A DNA stretch of 64,000 nucleotides, taken from Chryseobacterium gleum (GTDB lineage: Bacteria; Bacteroidota; Bacteroidia; Flavobacteriales_D; Crocinitomicaceae). Made by a program: the position numbers and the translations under genes. The notes beneath the pieces were generated by a model, which was not told the origin of the DNA, ran no database searches, and saw only the letters and a list, made by a program, of their open reading frames with translations. Each line of letters opens with the position of its first letter. The stretch's first letter is position 1. The stretch spans positions 48,508-112,507 of the forward strand of contig CAMDFN010000003.1 of NCBI GenBank assembly GCA_945897565.1, in the 5' to 3' direction. This document shows, one piece after another, positions 30,161 to 39,299 of the stretch.

Positions 30161-30168
30161 CAAAAATA
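30161..30168 (-). promoter_or_regulatory. Bacteroidota -7 box (TATTTTTG, minus strand) upstream of miaB operon
   Basis: The reverse complement of caaaaata lies 16 nt before ATG 30144. Confidence 0.45.
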
Positions 30169-30300
30169 AGGTAAATTCAAACTACTGACAAATTGGCAGC
30201 ACAGTAAGTTATCAAACCAAATAAAAAATATAACCATAGGTTAAGGAAAAATCTGAAGAAAAATGCAACAAACAAGTTGAGCTATGAACTGTTTTCCTTT

Positions 30301-30308
30301 TACATTTG
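30301..30308 (+). promoter_or_regulatory. Bacteroidota -7 box (TACATTTG) upstream of topA
   Basis: TAnnTTTG match 16 nt before ATG 30325. Confidence 0.45.
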
Positions 30309-30324
30309 TCCCCAAAATCTCCTT

Positions 30325-32649
30325 ATGGCTAAAAATCTTGTTATCGTCGAGTCTCCTGCAAAAGCAAAAACCATCGAAGGCTACCTCGGCAAAGACTTCA
30401 TTGTGAAGTCCAGCTATGGCCACGTTAGAGACTTAGCCAAAAAAGGCATTGCTATTGACATAGATGCGAATTTTGAGCCTCAATATGAAGTGAGCCCAGA
30501 CAAAAAACAGATTGTCGCAGAACTTAAAAAATTAGCCAAAGCAGCCGACACCATCTGGCTAGCGACCGATGAAGACCGCGAAGGAGAAGCCATCTCTTGG
30601 CACTTATACGAAACTCTTGAGCTCCAAAAAAAAGACACCAAACGCATTACTTTCAACGAAATCACCAAAACGGCGGTTATAAGAGCCATTGAAAACCCCA
30701 GACAAATCAATCAAGAACTTGTCGATGCGCAACAAGCACGCCGTGTACTGGATCGCATCGTTGGTTTTGAACTCTCGCCTGTACTTTGGAGAAAAGTGCG
30801 TCCGAGCTTGTCAGCAGGCCGCGTACAATCTGTAGCAGTAAGGCTTATTGTAGAGAGAGAACGCGAAATCAATCAGTTCAATACCGAAGGATTTTACCGT
30901 GTTCAGGGGCAATTTTTAACGGAAAATGGCGTGCTCAACGCAGAGCTCAACCAACAACTTTCCGATAAAAAAGCGGCGCTGCAACTTCTAAACGAAGCAC
31001 AAACAGCCCATTTTACCGTAGAAGACGTTCAGCAAAAACCAGCCACTAAGAGCCCTGCAGCGCCTTTCACCACCTCAACTGTCCAACAAGAGGCCAGTCT
31101 TAAGCTCGGTTTTTCGGTGAGCAAAACGATGAGTGTTGCTCAAAGACTTTACGAAGCCGGGCACATCACCTATATGCGTACCGATTCTGTCAATTTATCG
31201 CAGACCGCTCTTGATGCCGCAAAAAGCGCGATCACCAGTCTTTACGGCGCCGAATACGCAAAGCCTACCAAATACAGCACGAAGAGCGCTGGTGCACAAG
31301 AAGCCCACGAAGCCATTCGCCCCACTGATTTTACGCGCTCAAGCATTCAAGCCGAACGCGACGAAGAACGCTTGTACGAACTCATTTGGAAGCGTGGCAT
31401 CGCCAGTCAGATGGCACATGCCCAACTCGAAAGAACGACCATCAAAATCAAAGGACTGAGCCATCCTTATTATTTCCAAGCCAAAGGTGAAGTCTTGATT
31501 TTTGATGGCTTTTTGAAAGTTTACTTGGCCGCAAGTCTAGACGACGAACTCGAAGAGAACAACGAAACAGAAGGCCTTTTGCCTAAAGTAAGTGTCGGCG
31601 CACCCCTTACACTGCAAGAAAGCACCGCAACGGAGCGCTTCAGCCGTCCGCCATCGCGCTACGTAGAAGCCTCATTGGTCAAAAAGCTTGAAGAACTGGG
31701 TATAGGCCGACCTTCCACCTACGCGCCAACAATCTCCACAATTCAAAAACGCAATTACGTCGAGAAACAAGAACGAGAAGGCGCCATTCGCAAATACGCA
31801 CAACTCATCTTGGATGCAAACGGCATTCAAGAAATAGTAAAATCAGAAACCACAGGTAAGGAGAAAAACAAGCTCTCCCCTACCGATATTGGCATTGTAG
31901 TCACCGACTTTTTGGTGGCCAATTTTGAACAAATCCTCGATTATCAGTTTACGGCAAAAGTAGAGGCCTCTTTTGATGAAATCGCTAATGGACAGCTCAA
32001 CTGGACAGACATGCTACAGTCCTTTTACGGTCCTTTTCATTCGACGGTAGAAAACACCCTCGAACACTCCGAACGCGCCACAGGCGAACGAGAATTGGGT
32101 ACAGATCCTAAAAGTGGACGCAAAATGATAGCCCGCATTGGTCGTTTTGGTCCAATGATTCAAATTGGCGACGAAAAATCGGACGGCCTTAAACCACAAT
32201 TTGCCTCCTTACAGGGGAATCAATCCATCAACAACATTACACTCGAAGCAGCGCTCAAACTTTTTGAATTGCCGAAAGTACTTGGCGAGCACAACGCTGA
32301 AGTCGTGAAGGTGAACATCGGACGCTTTGGGCCTTATGTGCAGGTTGGCAAGCGTTTTTGCTCAATTCCAAAAGAAGAAGACCCAATGTCTATCAGCCTG
32401 GAAAGAGCCATCGAACTCGATGCGATCAAGCAAGATGAAGCAGCCAAAGCGGTCATCAAAACTTTTGATGAAAACCCGGATGTCCAATTGCTCAACGGCC
32501 GGTACGGTGCATATTTAAAGATTGGCAAAGACAACCTTAAACTTCCAAAAGACTGTAAACCAGAAACCCTGAGCCTAGCCGACTGCATGGAAATTGCAGC
32601 CAATCAGCCAGCAAAAAGCGCTAAAAAGCGCCCTATTCGAAAAAAATAA
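30325..32649 (+). CDS. topA: DNA topoisomerase I
   Basis: The start is moved to ATG 30325 (MAKNLVIVESPAKAKTIEGYLG, a TOPRIM domain). The active-site Tyr region is ITYMRTDS, and the C-terminal domain is basic. Confidence 0.95.
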   Translation: MAKNLVIVESPAKAKTIEGYLGKDFIVKSSYGHVRDLAKKGIAIDIDANFEPQYEVSPDKKQIVAELKKLAKAADTIWLATDEDREGEAISWHLYETLELQKKDTKRITFNEITKTAVIRAIENPRQINQELVDAQQARRVLDRIVGFELSPVLWRKVRPSLSAGRVQSVAVRLIVEREREINQFNTEGFYRVQGQFLTENGVLNAELNQQLSDKKAALQLLNEAQTAHFTVEDVQQKPATKSPAAPFTTSTVQQEASLKLGFSVSKTMSVAQRLYEAGHITYMRTDSVNLSQTALDAAKSAITSLYGAEYAKPTKYSTKSAGAQEAHEAIRPTDFTRSSIQAERDEERLYELIWKRGIASQMAHAQLERTTIKIKGLSHPYYFQAKGEVLIFDGFLKVYLAASLDDELEENNETEGLLPKVSVGAPLTLQESTATERFSRPPSRYVEASLVKKLEELGIGRPSTYAPTISTIQKRNYVEKQEREGAIRKYAQLILDANGIQEIVKSETTGKEKNKLSPTDIGIVVTDFLVANFEQILDYQFTAKVEASFDEIANGQLNWTDMLQSFYGPFHSTVENTLEHSERATGERELGTDPKSGRKMIARIGRFGPMIQIGDEKSDGLKPQFASLQGNQSINNITLEAALKLFELPKVLGEHNAEVVKVNIGRFGPYVQVGKRFCSIPKEEDPMSISLERAIELDAIKQDEAAKAVIKTFDENPDVQLLNGRYGAYLKIGKDNLKLPKDCKPETLSLADCMEIAANQPAKSAKKRPIRKK

Positions 32650-32673
32650 CTATTATTGATTGAAAAATATCAA

Positions 32674-33114
32674 ATGAACGGCAGTGTCAACAAAGTTATT
32701 TTAATCGGAAATCTGGGCAAAGACCCAGACGTCCGACGCTTGGAAAATGGCGCAGTAGTTGCCTCATTTCCACTTGCTACCTCAGAAAACTACACTGACA
32801 AACAAAGCGGTGAAAAGAAAGAAATTACCGATTGGCACGACATCGTTCTTTGGCGCGGGCTTGCTGAGGTTGCCGATAAATACCTGCGCAAAGGCAGTAA
32901 AATTTATGTCGAGGGCAAACTCAAAAAAAGATCCTGGACCGACAAAGAAGGTCAAATACGTTATGCAACTGAAGTCATAGGAGACGAACTCACCATTCTC
33001 ACCCGCGCCGAGCAAACAGAGCGCCCCAGCAATTACAGCAACGAAGGAAAGCCCAACAACCCATCACCAATGAGCGGCCTTGCCTCAGATGCAGCCGACG
33101 ACCTCCCATTTTAA
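32674..33114 (+). CDS. ssb: Single-stranded DNA-binding protein
   Basis: The start is moved to ATG 32674 (MNGSVNKVILIGNLGKDP, an OB fold). The C-terminal tip is acidic (DDLPF). Confidence 0.93.
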   Translation: MNGSVNKVILIGNLGKDPDVRRLENGAVVASFPLATSENYTDKQSGEKKEITDWHDIVLWRGLAEVADKYLRKGSKIYVEGKLKKRSWTDKEGQIRYATEVIGDELTILTRAEQTERPSNYSNEGKPNNPSPMSGLASDAADDLPF

Positions 33115-33117
33115 ACC

Positions 33118-34455
33118 ATGAACTCAGCCATAGAACCTCCGAGTCTCGAAGCATCGCTTTTTGATATCCATTTCCAAATTAGCGATGCAAGCTACCTATA
33201 CCTTTTGATCATCCTCTTGCTGCTTTTATTTTCAGCATTCGCATCTGGCTCTGAAAGCGCCTATTTTTCTCTTAAACCCAAAGATAACGCAGCCCTTAAA
33301 GAGAACCCTTCGTTAAGAGCCAAAATGATTTTAACACTTTTAGCGAAGCCACAAGAGCTCTTGGCTACCATCCTTATTTTCAACAATTTTGTGAATGTCG
33401 GGATTGTCATCCTATCATCTTTCATCTTAAGCGACCTCTTTCCGTCAAACGGCGAATTCGCTGTGTGGCGTTTTGTTGTTGAAGTCATCGGTATTACCTT
33501 AATCATTTTGCTTTTTGGCGAGGTCATTCCTAAAATTTTTGCCAATCGAAATGCCTTAAAAGTAAGCTTACTTGCGGCATACCCACTGCGCTTCATCAGT
33601 AAAATGCCACCAGTTTCTTGGCTCAAGCATATTTTGGTTTGGGGCACAAACTTTATCCAGAAATTAGGCAATAAAGGCGCTACGATCAATCAAAACGAAC
33701 TCGAACAAGCCGTAGCCTTGACCAAAACCGATGGCGGATCCATTGAAGAACACAAGATTTTAGAAGGCATCGTGCGCTTTGGTAAAACCGAAGCATCAGA
33801 GATCATGACCCCGCGCGTAGAAGTTGAAGATATCGACGCCGCAGCTCCTTTTGATGTGGTTTTGAACAAAATTATCGAGGTTGGCTATTCGCGGATCCCC
33901 GTTTTTAGCGAAAGCCCCGATAACATCATCGGAATTCTTTACATCAAAGATTTGTTACATCATTTGGATCAGCCTGCTCATTTTGAATGGATAAAAGTGC
34001 TGAGAAAACCATATTTTGTGCCCGAAAACAAAAAAATCAACGACCTCTTACAAGAATTTCGCAACATGAAAATGCACATGGCCATTGTTGTGGATGAATA
34101 CGGCGGCGCAGGAGGCATCATTACCTTGGAAGATATTCTCGAAGAAATTGTAGGCGATATCACAGACGAATTTGACGACACAGAAATTCAATATACCAAA
34201 CAAGCAGACAACACCTATCTCTTCGAAGGGCGAACTTCTCTAAATGACCTACTCAAAATCATAGGAGAGCAGCACGAACAAACCATTGAAGACGCAAGAG
34301 GAGAAGCAGAAACCCTAGGCGGTTTAGTGATTGAAGTAGCGGGGAGGATCCTTAAAAACAATGAATATGTCGTGTTGGGGCCGCTCAAACTAATAGTAGA
34401 ATCTTCCGACAAAAAACGCGTTAAATCTGTAAAAGTTTGCATAGATGAAAATTAA
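33118..34455 (+). CDS. gldE: Gliding motility-associated protein GldE (CNNM/CBS-pair/CorC-HlyC family)
   Basis: 445-aa ORF with an N-terminal DUF21-type TM domain, a CBS pair and a C-terminal CorC_HlyC-like domain. It lies immediately upstream of a GldD-like lipoprotein gene, as in Flavobacterium. Confidence 0.75.
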   Translation: MNSAIEPPSLEASLFDIHFQISDASYLYLLIILLLLLFSAFASGSESAYFSLKPKDNAALKENPSLRAKMILTLLAKPQELLATILIFNNFVNVGIVILSSFILSDLFPSNGEFAVWRFVVEVIGITLIILLFGEVIPKIFANRNALKVSLLAAYPLRFISKMPPVSWLKHILVWGTNFIQKLGNKGATINQNELEQAVALTKTDGGSIEEHKILEGIVRFGKTEASEIMTPRVEVEDIDAAAPFDVVLNKIIEVGYSRIPVFSESPDNIIGILYIKDLLHHLDQPAHFEWIKVLRKPYFVPENKKINDLLQEFRNMKMHMAIVVDEYGGAGGIITLEDILEEIVGDITDEFDDTEIQYTKQADNTYLFEGRTSLNDLLKIIGEQHEQTIEDARGEAETLGGLVIEVAGRILKNNEYVVLGPLKLIVESSDKKRVKSVKVCIDEN

Positions 34456-35023
34456 ATTACTTCTCGCTTATTTGGGTTTATGGCTGCTTGCCGCTTGTGG
34501 CGAATCCAACCCGGTTCCAAAACCGAGTACTTTTTTACGCCCTGAATTTCCGGCTCATGCCTACCGCAACTACACCAGCCCCAACGCTTTTCATTTCAAG
34601 CTAGCCAATGCCTTTATGCCGAAGAAATTTTCGCAATCCAAAAACAACTACAGCGTACAAGAAATCGATCTAGGCCCGCTCAACGGCACCTTGTTTTTAT
34701 ATTACTTGCGCTTCCCGTCCAAAGATTCACTGCCCGAGATCATCAATTTTGCAAACGACAAAGTAGATGAGCACAAAATCATGGCCGACAAAATTGACTT
34801 TGAGCAAATCATAGCGCCTCAAAAACGCGTATTTGGTACGTTTTTCGAACTCAAAGGAAATGTAGCCACCAATTTCCAATTTTACCTCACCGACTCTACC
34901 CAACACTTTCTGCGCGGGGAGGTCTTGCTCAATTGCAGACCTAATTACGACTCTCTACGGCCAACATTACAATACCTGAAGTCAGATTTACAAGAACTCG
35001 TGCATAGTTTTAAATGGAATTAA
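34445..35023 (+). CDS. gldD: Gliding motility lipoprotein GldD
   Basis: 192-aa ORF with a lipobox (LLAAC). The motif FQFYLTDSTQHFLRGEVLL..PNYDSL resembles GldD as I remember it. It overlaps the gldE stop. Confidence 0.7.
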   Translation: MKIKLLLAYLGLWLLAACGESNPVPKPSTFLRPEFPAHAYRNYTSPNAFHFKLANAFMPKKFSQSKNNYSVQEIDLGPLNGTLFLYYLRFPSKDSLPEIINFANDKVDEHKIMADKIDFEQIIAPQKRVFGTFFELKGNVATNFQFYLTDSTQHFLRGEVLLNCRPNYDSLRPTLQYLKSDLQELVHSFKWN

Positions 35024-35445
35024 GCGGCAATAATAGGGTGGTGCTTGCCTTCGGCTCTAATTTGGGTGACAAAGAAGCAAATATTCAAAAAGCCATCGAT
35101 GCACTTTCACAATCATGTGGAAAGGTAGTAGAGGTTTCTCCTTATTATCGCAGTGCTCCCGAAGGTTTTGTTTCTGACAATGAATTTGTAAACGGTTGTT
35201 TGCTTTTGTTGACTGATTTGAATCCGTACTTGTTACTAAATGAACTAAAGGAGATCGAAAAAAAGCTGGGTCGCAAGCAGCATTCGGCTCATTACGAAGA
35301 CCGCTGTATTGATCTAGACATCATCTTCTACGAAAATCTGTGCATACAAAGCCCTGTTTTGCAATTACCTCACCCGCGTTATCAAGAACGCGAATTTGTT
35401 TTGGTCCCGCTCCAATCGTTGAAATTAGACTTTATTCCAATTTAA
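35014..35445 (+). CDS. folK: 2-amino-4-hydroxy-6-hydroxymethyldihydropteridine diphosphokinase
   Basis: 143-aa ORF with HPPK motifs (AFGSNLGD, IDLDIIFY, LPHPR..ER.FVL.PL). Confidence 0.85.
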   Translation: MELSGNNRVVLAFGSNLGDKEANIQKAIDALSQSCGKVVEVSPYYRSAPEGFVSDNEFVNGCLLLLTDLNPYLLLNELKEIEKKLGRKQHSAHYEDRCIDLDIIFYENLCIQSPVLQLPHPRYQEREFVLVPLQSLKLDFIPI

Positions 35446-35502
35446 TTTTTCAAAAATTCAAGATCTTAGTCTTAATAAAATGAGGAAGTTAAATTTATTC
35501 CC

Positions 35503-35510
35503 TAATTTTG
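35503..35510 (+). promoter_or_regulatory. Bacteroidota -7 box (TAATTTTG) upstream of 564-aa lipoprotein
   Basis: TAnnTTTG match 24 nt before ATG 35535. Confidence 0.45.
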
Positions 35511-35534
35511 CAAGGTATCATAAAAATTATACTC

Positions 35535-37229
35535 ATGAATTTCACTCGCTTAAACGGAACCTTACTCATCGGAACTGCGGCGTTTTTTGTCGCTTCTTGC
35601 GACTTAGTAAAAGACATCACTTACAGTGTAAGCCCGAATCCACTAGAAATGCACGGTGATTCCGTGAAAGTAAGCATTACGGTTAATGTCCCTGAAAAAG
35701 GCATTCAAAAAAAGGTGAAAGCTGAAATCACACCAAAAATTGGCGCAACTGCAGTTGGCACTTGGTATATCAACGGCTCCAAAGTCACAGGAAACGGCAC
35801 CACCATCGATTTCAAAACAGGCGGTACTGCAACTTTCGATCAAACGTTAGCCTACGACCCGTCAATGGAAGCAGCTGATTTAGTGATCACTGGTAAACTA
35901 TACAAACAAACCAAAGAAAAAGGTGTGTTGCCCGAAACCAAAATTGCCGACGCAACCATCATTACACCTTACCTCGTTGACAAAACCTTCAAAGTACTTA
36001 CTGAGCAAGACGCATTAGTCCGTCAGTTTGACAAATCAACATCAGCAACCTTTAATTTTGAAAAAGGCAAGTCTGATGTCCGTGCCAACGAAATTAAAGA
36101 CGCAGATATCCTTGCACTCATGTCTTGGATGCAAGCAGCTCAAACCAATCCAAAAATCAAAATCACAGGTATCGAAATCAATGGTTATGCTTCTCCTGAC
36201 GGTGAAGTTGCCAAAAACGACAACCTTTCATCTGATCGTACGGTTGCCGCGCGCAAGGCCCTCACCGACCTCATGACAAAAGCCAACCTCACTGCTTATG
36301 CAGATACCAACGCTTATGCCTTGGCAAAATTTGGTGAAGATTTCGAAGGTTTTAAAAATCAATTGGCTGCCACTACAACAATTCCAGAAGCAGACAAAAA
36401 TTTGTTCATCCGCATCCTCGAAATGACCAAAGACGCTGAGCAACGCGAAAAAGACATGGTGAACCTTGGCAAGGCATATATTGAGCTTGAGCGCGATGTA
36501 TTCCCTATGATTCGCCGCGCAGTTATTGTCGTTAAATACACCGAATTCGGCCTTACCGACGATGAACTCCGCACCGCAACCGTTCAAAATCCAAACAGTC
36601 TATCAGTTGAAGAATTGCTCTTTACAGCTGGTAAATTAACTACCGATGCGAACGAAAAAGCACGCATTTACGGTATTGCAGCAGCCAACTATTCAGCTGA
36701 CTTCCGCACACACACCAATCTAGGCGCTACACTTTTTGAATTAGGCAATACAAAAGATGCTGCTGTATCTTTCAAAAAAGCAAACGAAATCAAAGCAAAT
36801 GCTGTATCGGACAACAACCTCGCAGCAAGCTTGATTTTAGAAGGCAACCGTGCTGCTGCCAAAAAATTACTAGCGAAGTCTAAAACAGCTGTTTCTGGCT
36901 ACAACTCAGGTATCATCGATATCATGGAAGGTAATTACAGTGCGGCAGAGAAAAATATCAGTCAAGACAGCTACAACAAAGTGCTTGTACTTATCCTTAC
37001 CAACAAACTAGATGCCGCGAAAAAAGCGAGTGCAGGCCTCACAGAAACAGCAGAGTTAGCCTACCTCAAAGCAATCATAGAAGCCAGAAGCGGTGCAAGC
37101 GCAGACGCAGTAGTTGCTAAATTGAAAACAGCCATCTCCAAAAACGCTGCACTCAAAGAAAAAGCGAGTAAAGACCGCGAATTTATCAAATTAATGAACG
37201 ACGCTACTTTTATCGATTTGGTGAAATAA
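35535..37229 (+). CDS. Lipoprotein with OmpA-like peptidoglycan-binding segment and C-terminal TPR-like repeats
   Basis: The start is moved to ATG 35535, giving a signal peptide plus lipobox (FFVASC). A central segment is OmpA-like (INGYASPDGEVAKNDNLSSDRTVAARKAL). The C-terminal half is Ala-rich and helical-repeat-like. Confidence 0.5.
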   Translation: MNFTRLNGTLLIGTAAFFVASCDLVKDITYSVSPNPLEMHGDSVKVSITVNVPEKGIQKKVKAEITPKIGATAVGTWYINGSKVTGNGTTIDFKTGGTATFDQTLAYDPSMEAADLVITGKLYKQTKEKGVLPETKIADATIITPYLVDKTFKVLTEQDALVRQFDKSTSATFNFEKGKSDVRANEIKDADILALMSWMQAAQTNPKIKITGIEINGYASPDGEVAKNDNLSSDRTVAARKALTDLMTKANLTAYADTNAYALAKFGEDFEGFKNQLAATTTIPEADKNLFIRILEMTKDAEQREKDMVNLGKAYIELERDVFPMIRRAVIVVKYTEFGLTDDELRTATVQNPNSLSVEELLFTAGKLTTDANEKARIYGIAAANYSADFRTHTNLGATLFELGNTKDAAVSFKKANEIKANAVSDNNLAASLILEGNRAAAKKLLAKSKTAVSGYNSGIIDIMEGNYSAAEKNISQDSYNKVLVLILTNKLDAAKKASAGLTETAELAYLKAIIEARSGASADAVVAKLKTAISKNAALKEKASKDREFIKLMNDATFIDLVK

Positions 37230-37250
37230 GCTGATCCTTCAAACCCTTTT

Positions 37251-37281
37251 AAAATCCTGAATCCGTTCAGGATTTTTTTTT
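37251..37281 (+). terminator. Rho-independent terminator after the 564-aa lipoprotein gene
   Basis: AAAATCCTGAA-TCCG-TTCAGGATTTT followed by a T-run. Confidence 0.75.
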
Positions 37282-37316
37282 GAAAAAAAGTAACGCAATA
37301 AGCCAACCTTTATCAC

Positions 37317-37324
37317 TAAATTTG
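37317..37324 (+). promoter_or_regulatory. Bacteroidota -7 box (TAAATTTG) upstream of clpP
   Basis: TAnnTTTG match 20 nt before ATG 37345. Confidence 0.45.
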
Positions 37325-37344
37325 AGACTCTAAATTAAAAAAAG

Positions 37345-38010
37345 ATGGACAGCAACGAATTTCGCAAATACGCCACTAAACACATGGGCATTAGCAGCAT
37401 GAACGTGGACCACTATATCGAGTCTTCCATGACTCCCTACATCATAGAAGAGCGCCCATTGAACATGACCCAAATGGATGTTTTTTCACGCCTCATGATG
37501 GACCGCATTATTTTTCTTGGTACCGGCATCAACGACCAAGTTGCCAATATCATCAACGCACAGCTCTTATTTTTAGAGTCCGTTGATGCCAAAAAAGACA
37601 TTCAAATTTACCTCAACTCTCCGGGTGGCTCTGTATATGCTGGTTTAGGTATTTACGACACCATGCAGTATATCCGTCCTGACGTTGCTACCATTTGTAC
37701 TGGAATGGCCGCTTCTATGGGCGCAGTTTTGCTTTGTGCAGGCGCTGAAGGCAAACGCAGCGCACTCAAGCACTCGCGCGTCATGATTCACCAACCACTC
37801 GGCGGAGCGCAAGGCCAAGCCTCAGACATCGAGATCACTGCCCGCGAGATCCAAAAATTGAAAAAAGAACTCTACGATATCATCGCCACACACAGCAAAC
37901 AAGACTACGACAAAGTTTGGGCCGACTCCGACCGCGATTACTGGATGACCTCCGAAGAAGCGAAAGCCTACGGCATGGTTGATGAAGTTTTATTGCGCAA
38001 TCCAAAATAA
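37345..38010 (+). CDS. clpP: ATP-dependent Clp protease proteolytic subunit
   Basis: 221-aa ORF with catalytic Ser context GMAASMG and His context VMIHQPLGG. Confidence 0.95.
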   Translation: MDSNEFRKYATKHMGISSMNVDHYIESSMTPYIIEERPLNMTQMDVFSRLMMDRIIFLGTGINDQVANIINAQLLFLESVDAKKDIQIYLNSPGGSVYAGLGIYDTMQYIRPDVATICTGMAASMGAVLLCAGAEGKRSALKHSRVMIHQPLGGAQGQASDIEITAREIQKLKKELYDIIATHSKQDYDKVWADSDRDYWMTSEEAKAYGMVDEVLLRNPK

Positions 38011-38013
38011 AAC

Positions 38014-39246
38014 ATGGCCAAAAAAGAAACAACTTGCTCATTTTGTGGCTCGCCGCGTTCTGGTGTCAATATGCTCATTGCGGGCATCAATGGCCACATC
38101 TGCGACTCCTGCGCCAATCAGGCCAGCAAAATTGTGCAAGAAGAACTTACCCTTTCTCCAAGTGCAACAAGTGCTGCTTTTCAAGGGCTCAACTTGCTCA
38201 AACCACAAGAAATCAAAGCCCACCTCGATGAATACGTAATTGGCCAACAAGATGCCAAAAAAGTATTGGCTGTTGCCGTCTATAATCACTTCAAAAGGCT
38301 CAAGCAAAAGACCACAGAAAACGAAGTAGAAATTGAAAAATCTAACGTCATCTTAGTTGGTCGCACGGGCACGGGCAAAACCCTGCTTGCTAAATCGATT
38401 GCCAAACTACTCAATGTGCCATTTTGTATTGCCGACGCCACCGTTTTAACTGAAGCAGGTTATGTGGGTGAAGATGTAGAAAGTATCCTATCTCGTCTCT
38501 TACAAGCTGCCGATTACAACGTAGACAACGCACAAATGGGCATTGTCTTCATCGATGAGGTCGACAAAATTGCCCGTAAAAACGACAACCCAAGTATTAC
38601 CCGCGACGTTTCTGGTGAAGGCGTACAACAAGCCTTGCTCAAACTGCTCGAGGGCGCAACGGTCAATGTGCCGCCACAAGGCGGCCGCAAGCACCCCGAG
38701 CAAAAAATGATTTCCATCGATACCAAAAACATCTTATTTATTTGCGGAGGTGCCTTTGACGGTATAGAAAGGCTCATTGCCAATCGCATCAACCGACAAA
38801 CCATCGGTTTTTCATCAGCAGCCGAACAAAGTATCGAACAAGACTCCCTACTTAAATACATCACGCCAACCGATATCCGTACCTTTGGTCTCATTCCAGA
38901 GCTCATTGGTCGTTTCCCGGTGCTCACCTACTTAGAACCACTCAAAGAAGCCGATCTCAAACGCATTCTCACCGAACCCAAAAACGCCTTGGTAAAGCAA
39001 TATACCAAACTGTTTGACATGGACGGCGTGAAGCTCGACCTCGATCAAGAAGTACTCGATTTCATTGTAGAAAAAGCCATGGAATTTGGCTTAGGTGCCA
39101 GAGGGTTGCGCTCTATCTGCGAAGCCATCCTCACCGATGCCATGTTTGAACTTCCAGGTTCTTCCAAAAAATCATTATCTGTCAATCTCGACTACGCCAC
39201 CAAACAATTTGGCAAATCAAAAATCGCAACACTTAAAGTAGCATAA
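38014..39246 (+). CDS. clpX: ATP-dependent Clp protease ATP-binding subunit ClpX
   Basis: 410-aa ORF with an N-terminal C4 zinc finger (CSFCG...CDSC), Walker A GRTGTGKT and Walker B IVFIDEVDK. Confidence 0.95.
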   Translation: MAKKETTCSFCGSPRSGVNMLIAGINGHICDSCANQASKIVQEELTLSPSATSAAFQGLNLLKPQEIKAHLDEYVIGQQDAKKVLAVAVYNHFKRLKQKTTENEVEIEKSNVILVGRTGTGKTLLAKSIAKLLNVPFCIADATVLTEAGYVGEDVESILSRLLQAADYNVDNAQMGIVFIDEVDKIARKNDNPSITRDVSGEGVQQALLKLLEGATVNVPPQGGRKHPEQKMISIDTKNILFICGGAFDGIERLIANRINRQTIGFSSAAEQSIEQDSLLKYITPTDIRTFGLIPELIGRFPVLTYLEPLKEADLKRILTEPKNALVKQYTKLFDMDGVKLDLDQEVLDFIVEKAMEFGLGARGLRSICEAILTDAMFELPGSSKKSLSVNLDYATKQFGKSKIATLKVA

Positions 39247-39271
39247 GCATTTATAGTTTCTGACTTATTTG

Positions 39272-39279
39272 TAATTTTG
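39272..39279 (+). promoter_or_regulatory. Bacteroidota -7 box (TAATTTTG) upstream of pdhB
   Basis: TAnnTTTG match 20 nt before ATG 39300. Confidence 0.4.
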
Positions 39280-39299
39280 CTAATTGTAAAAATGACACT

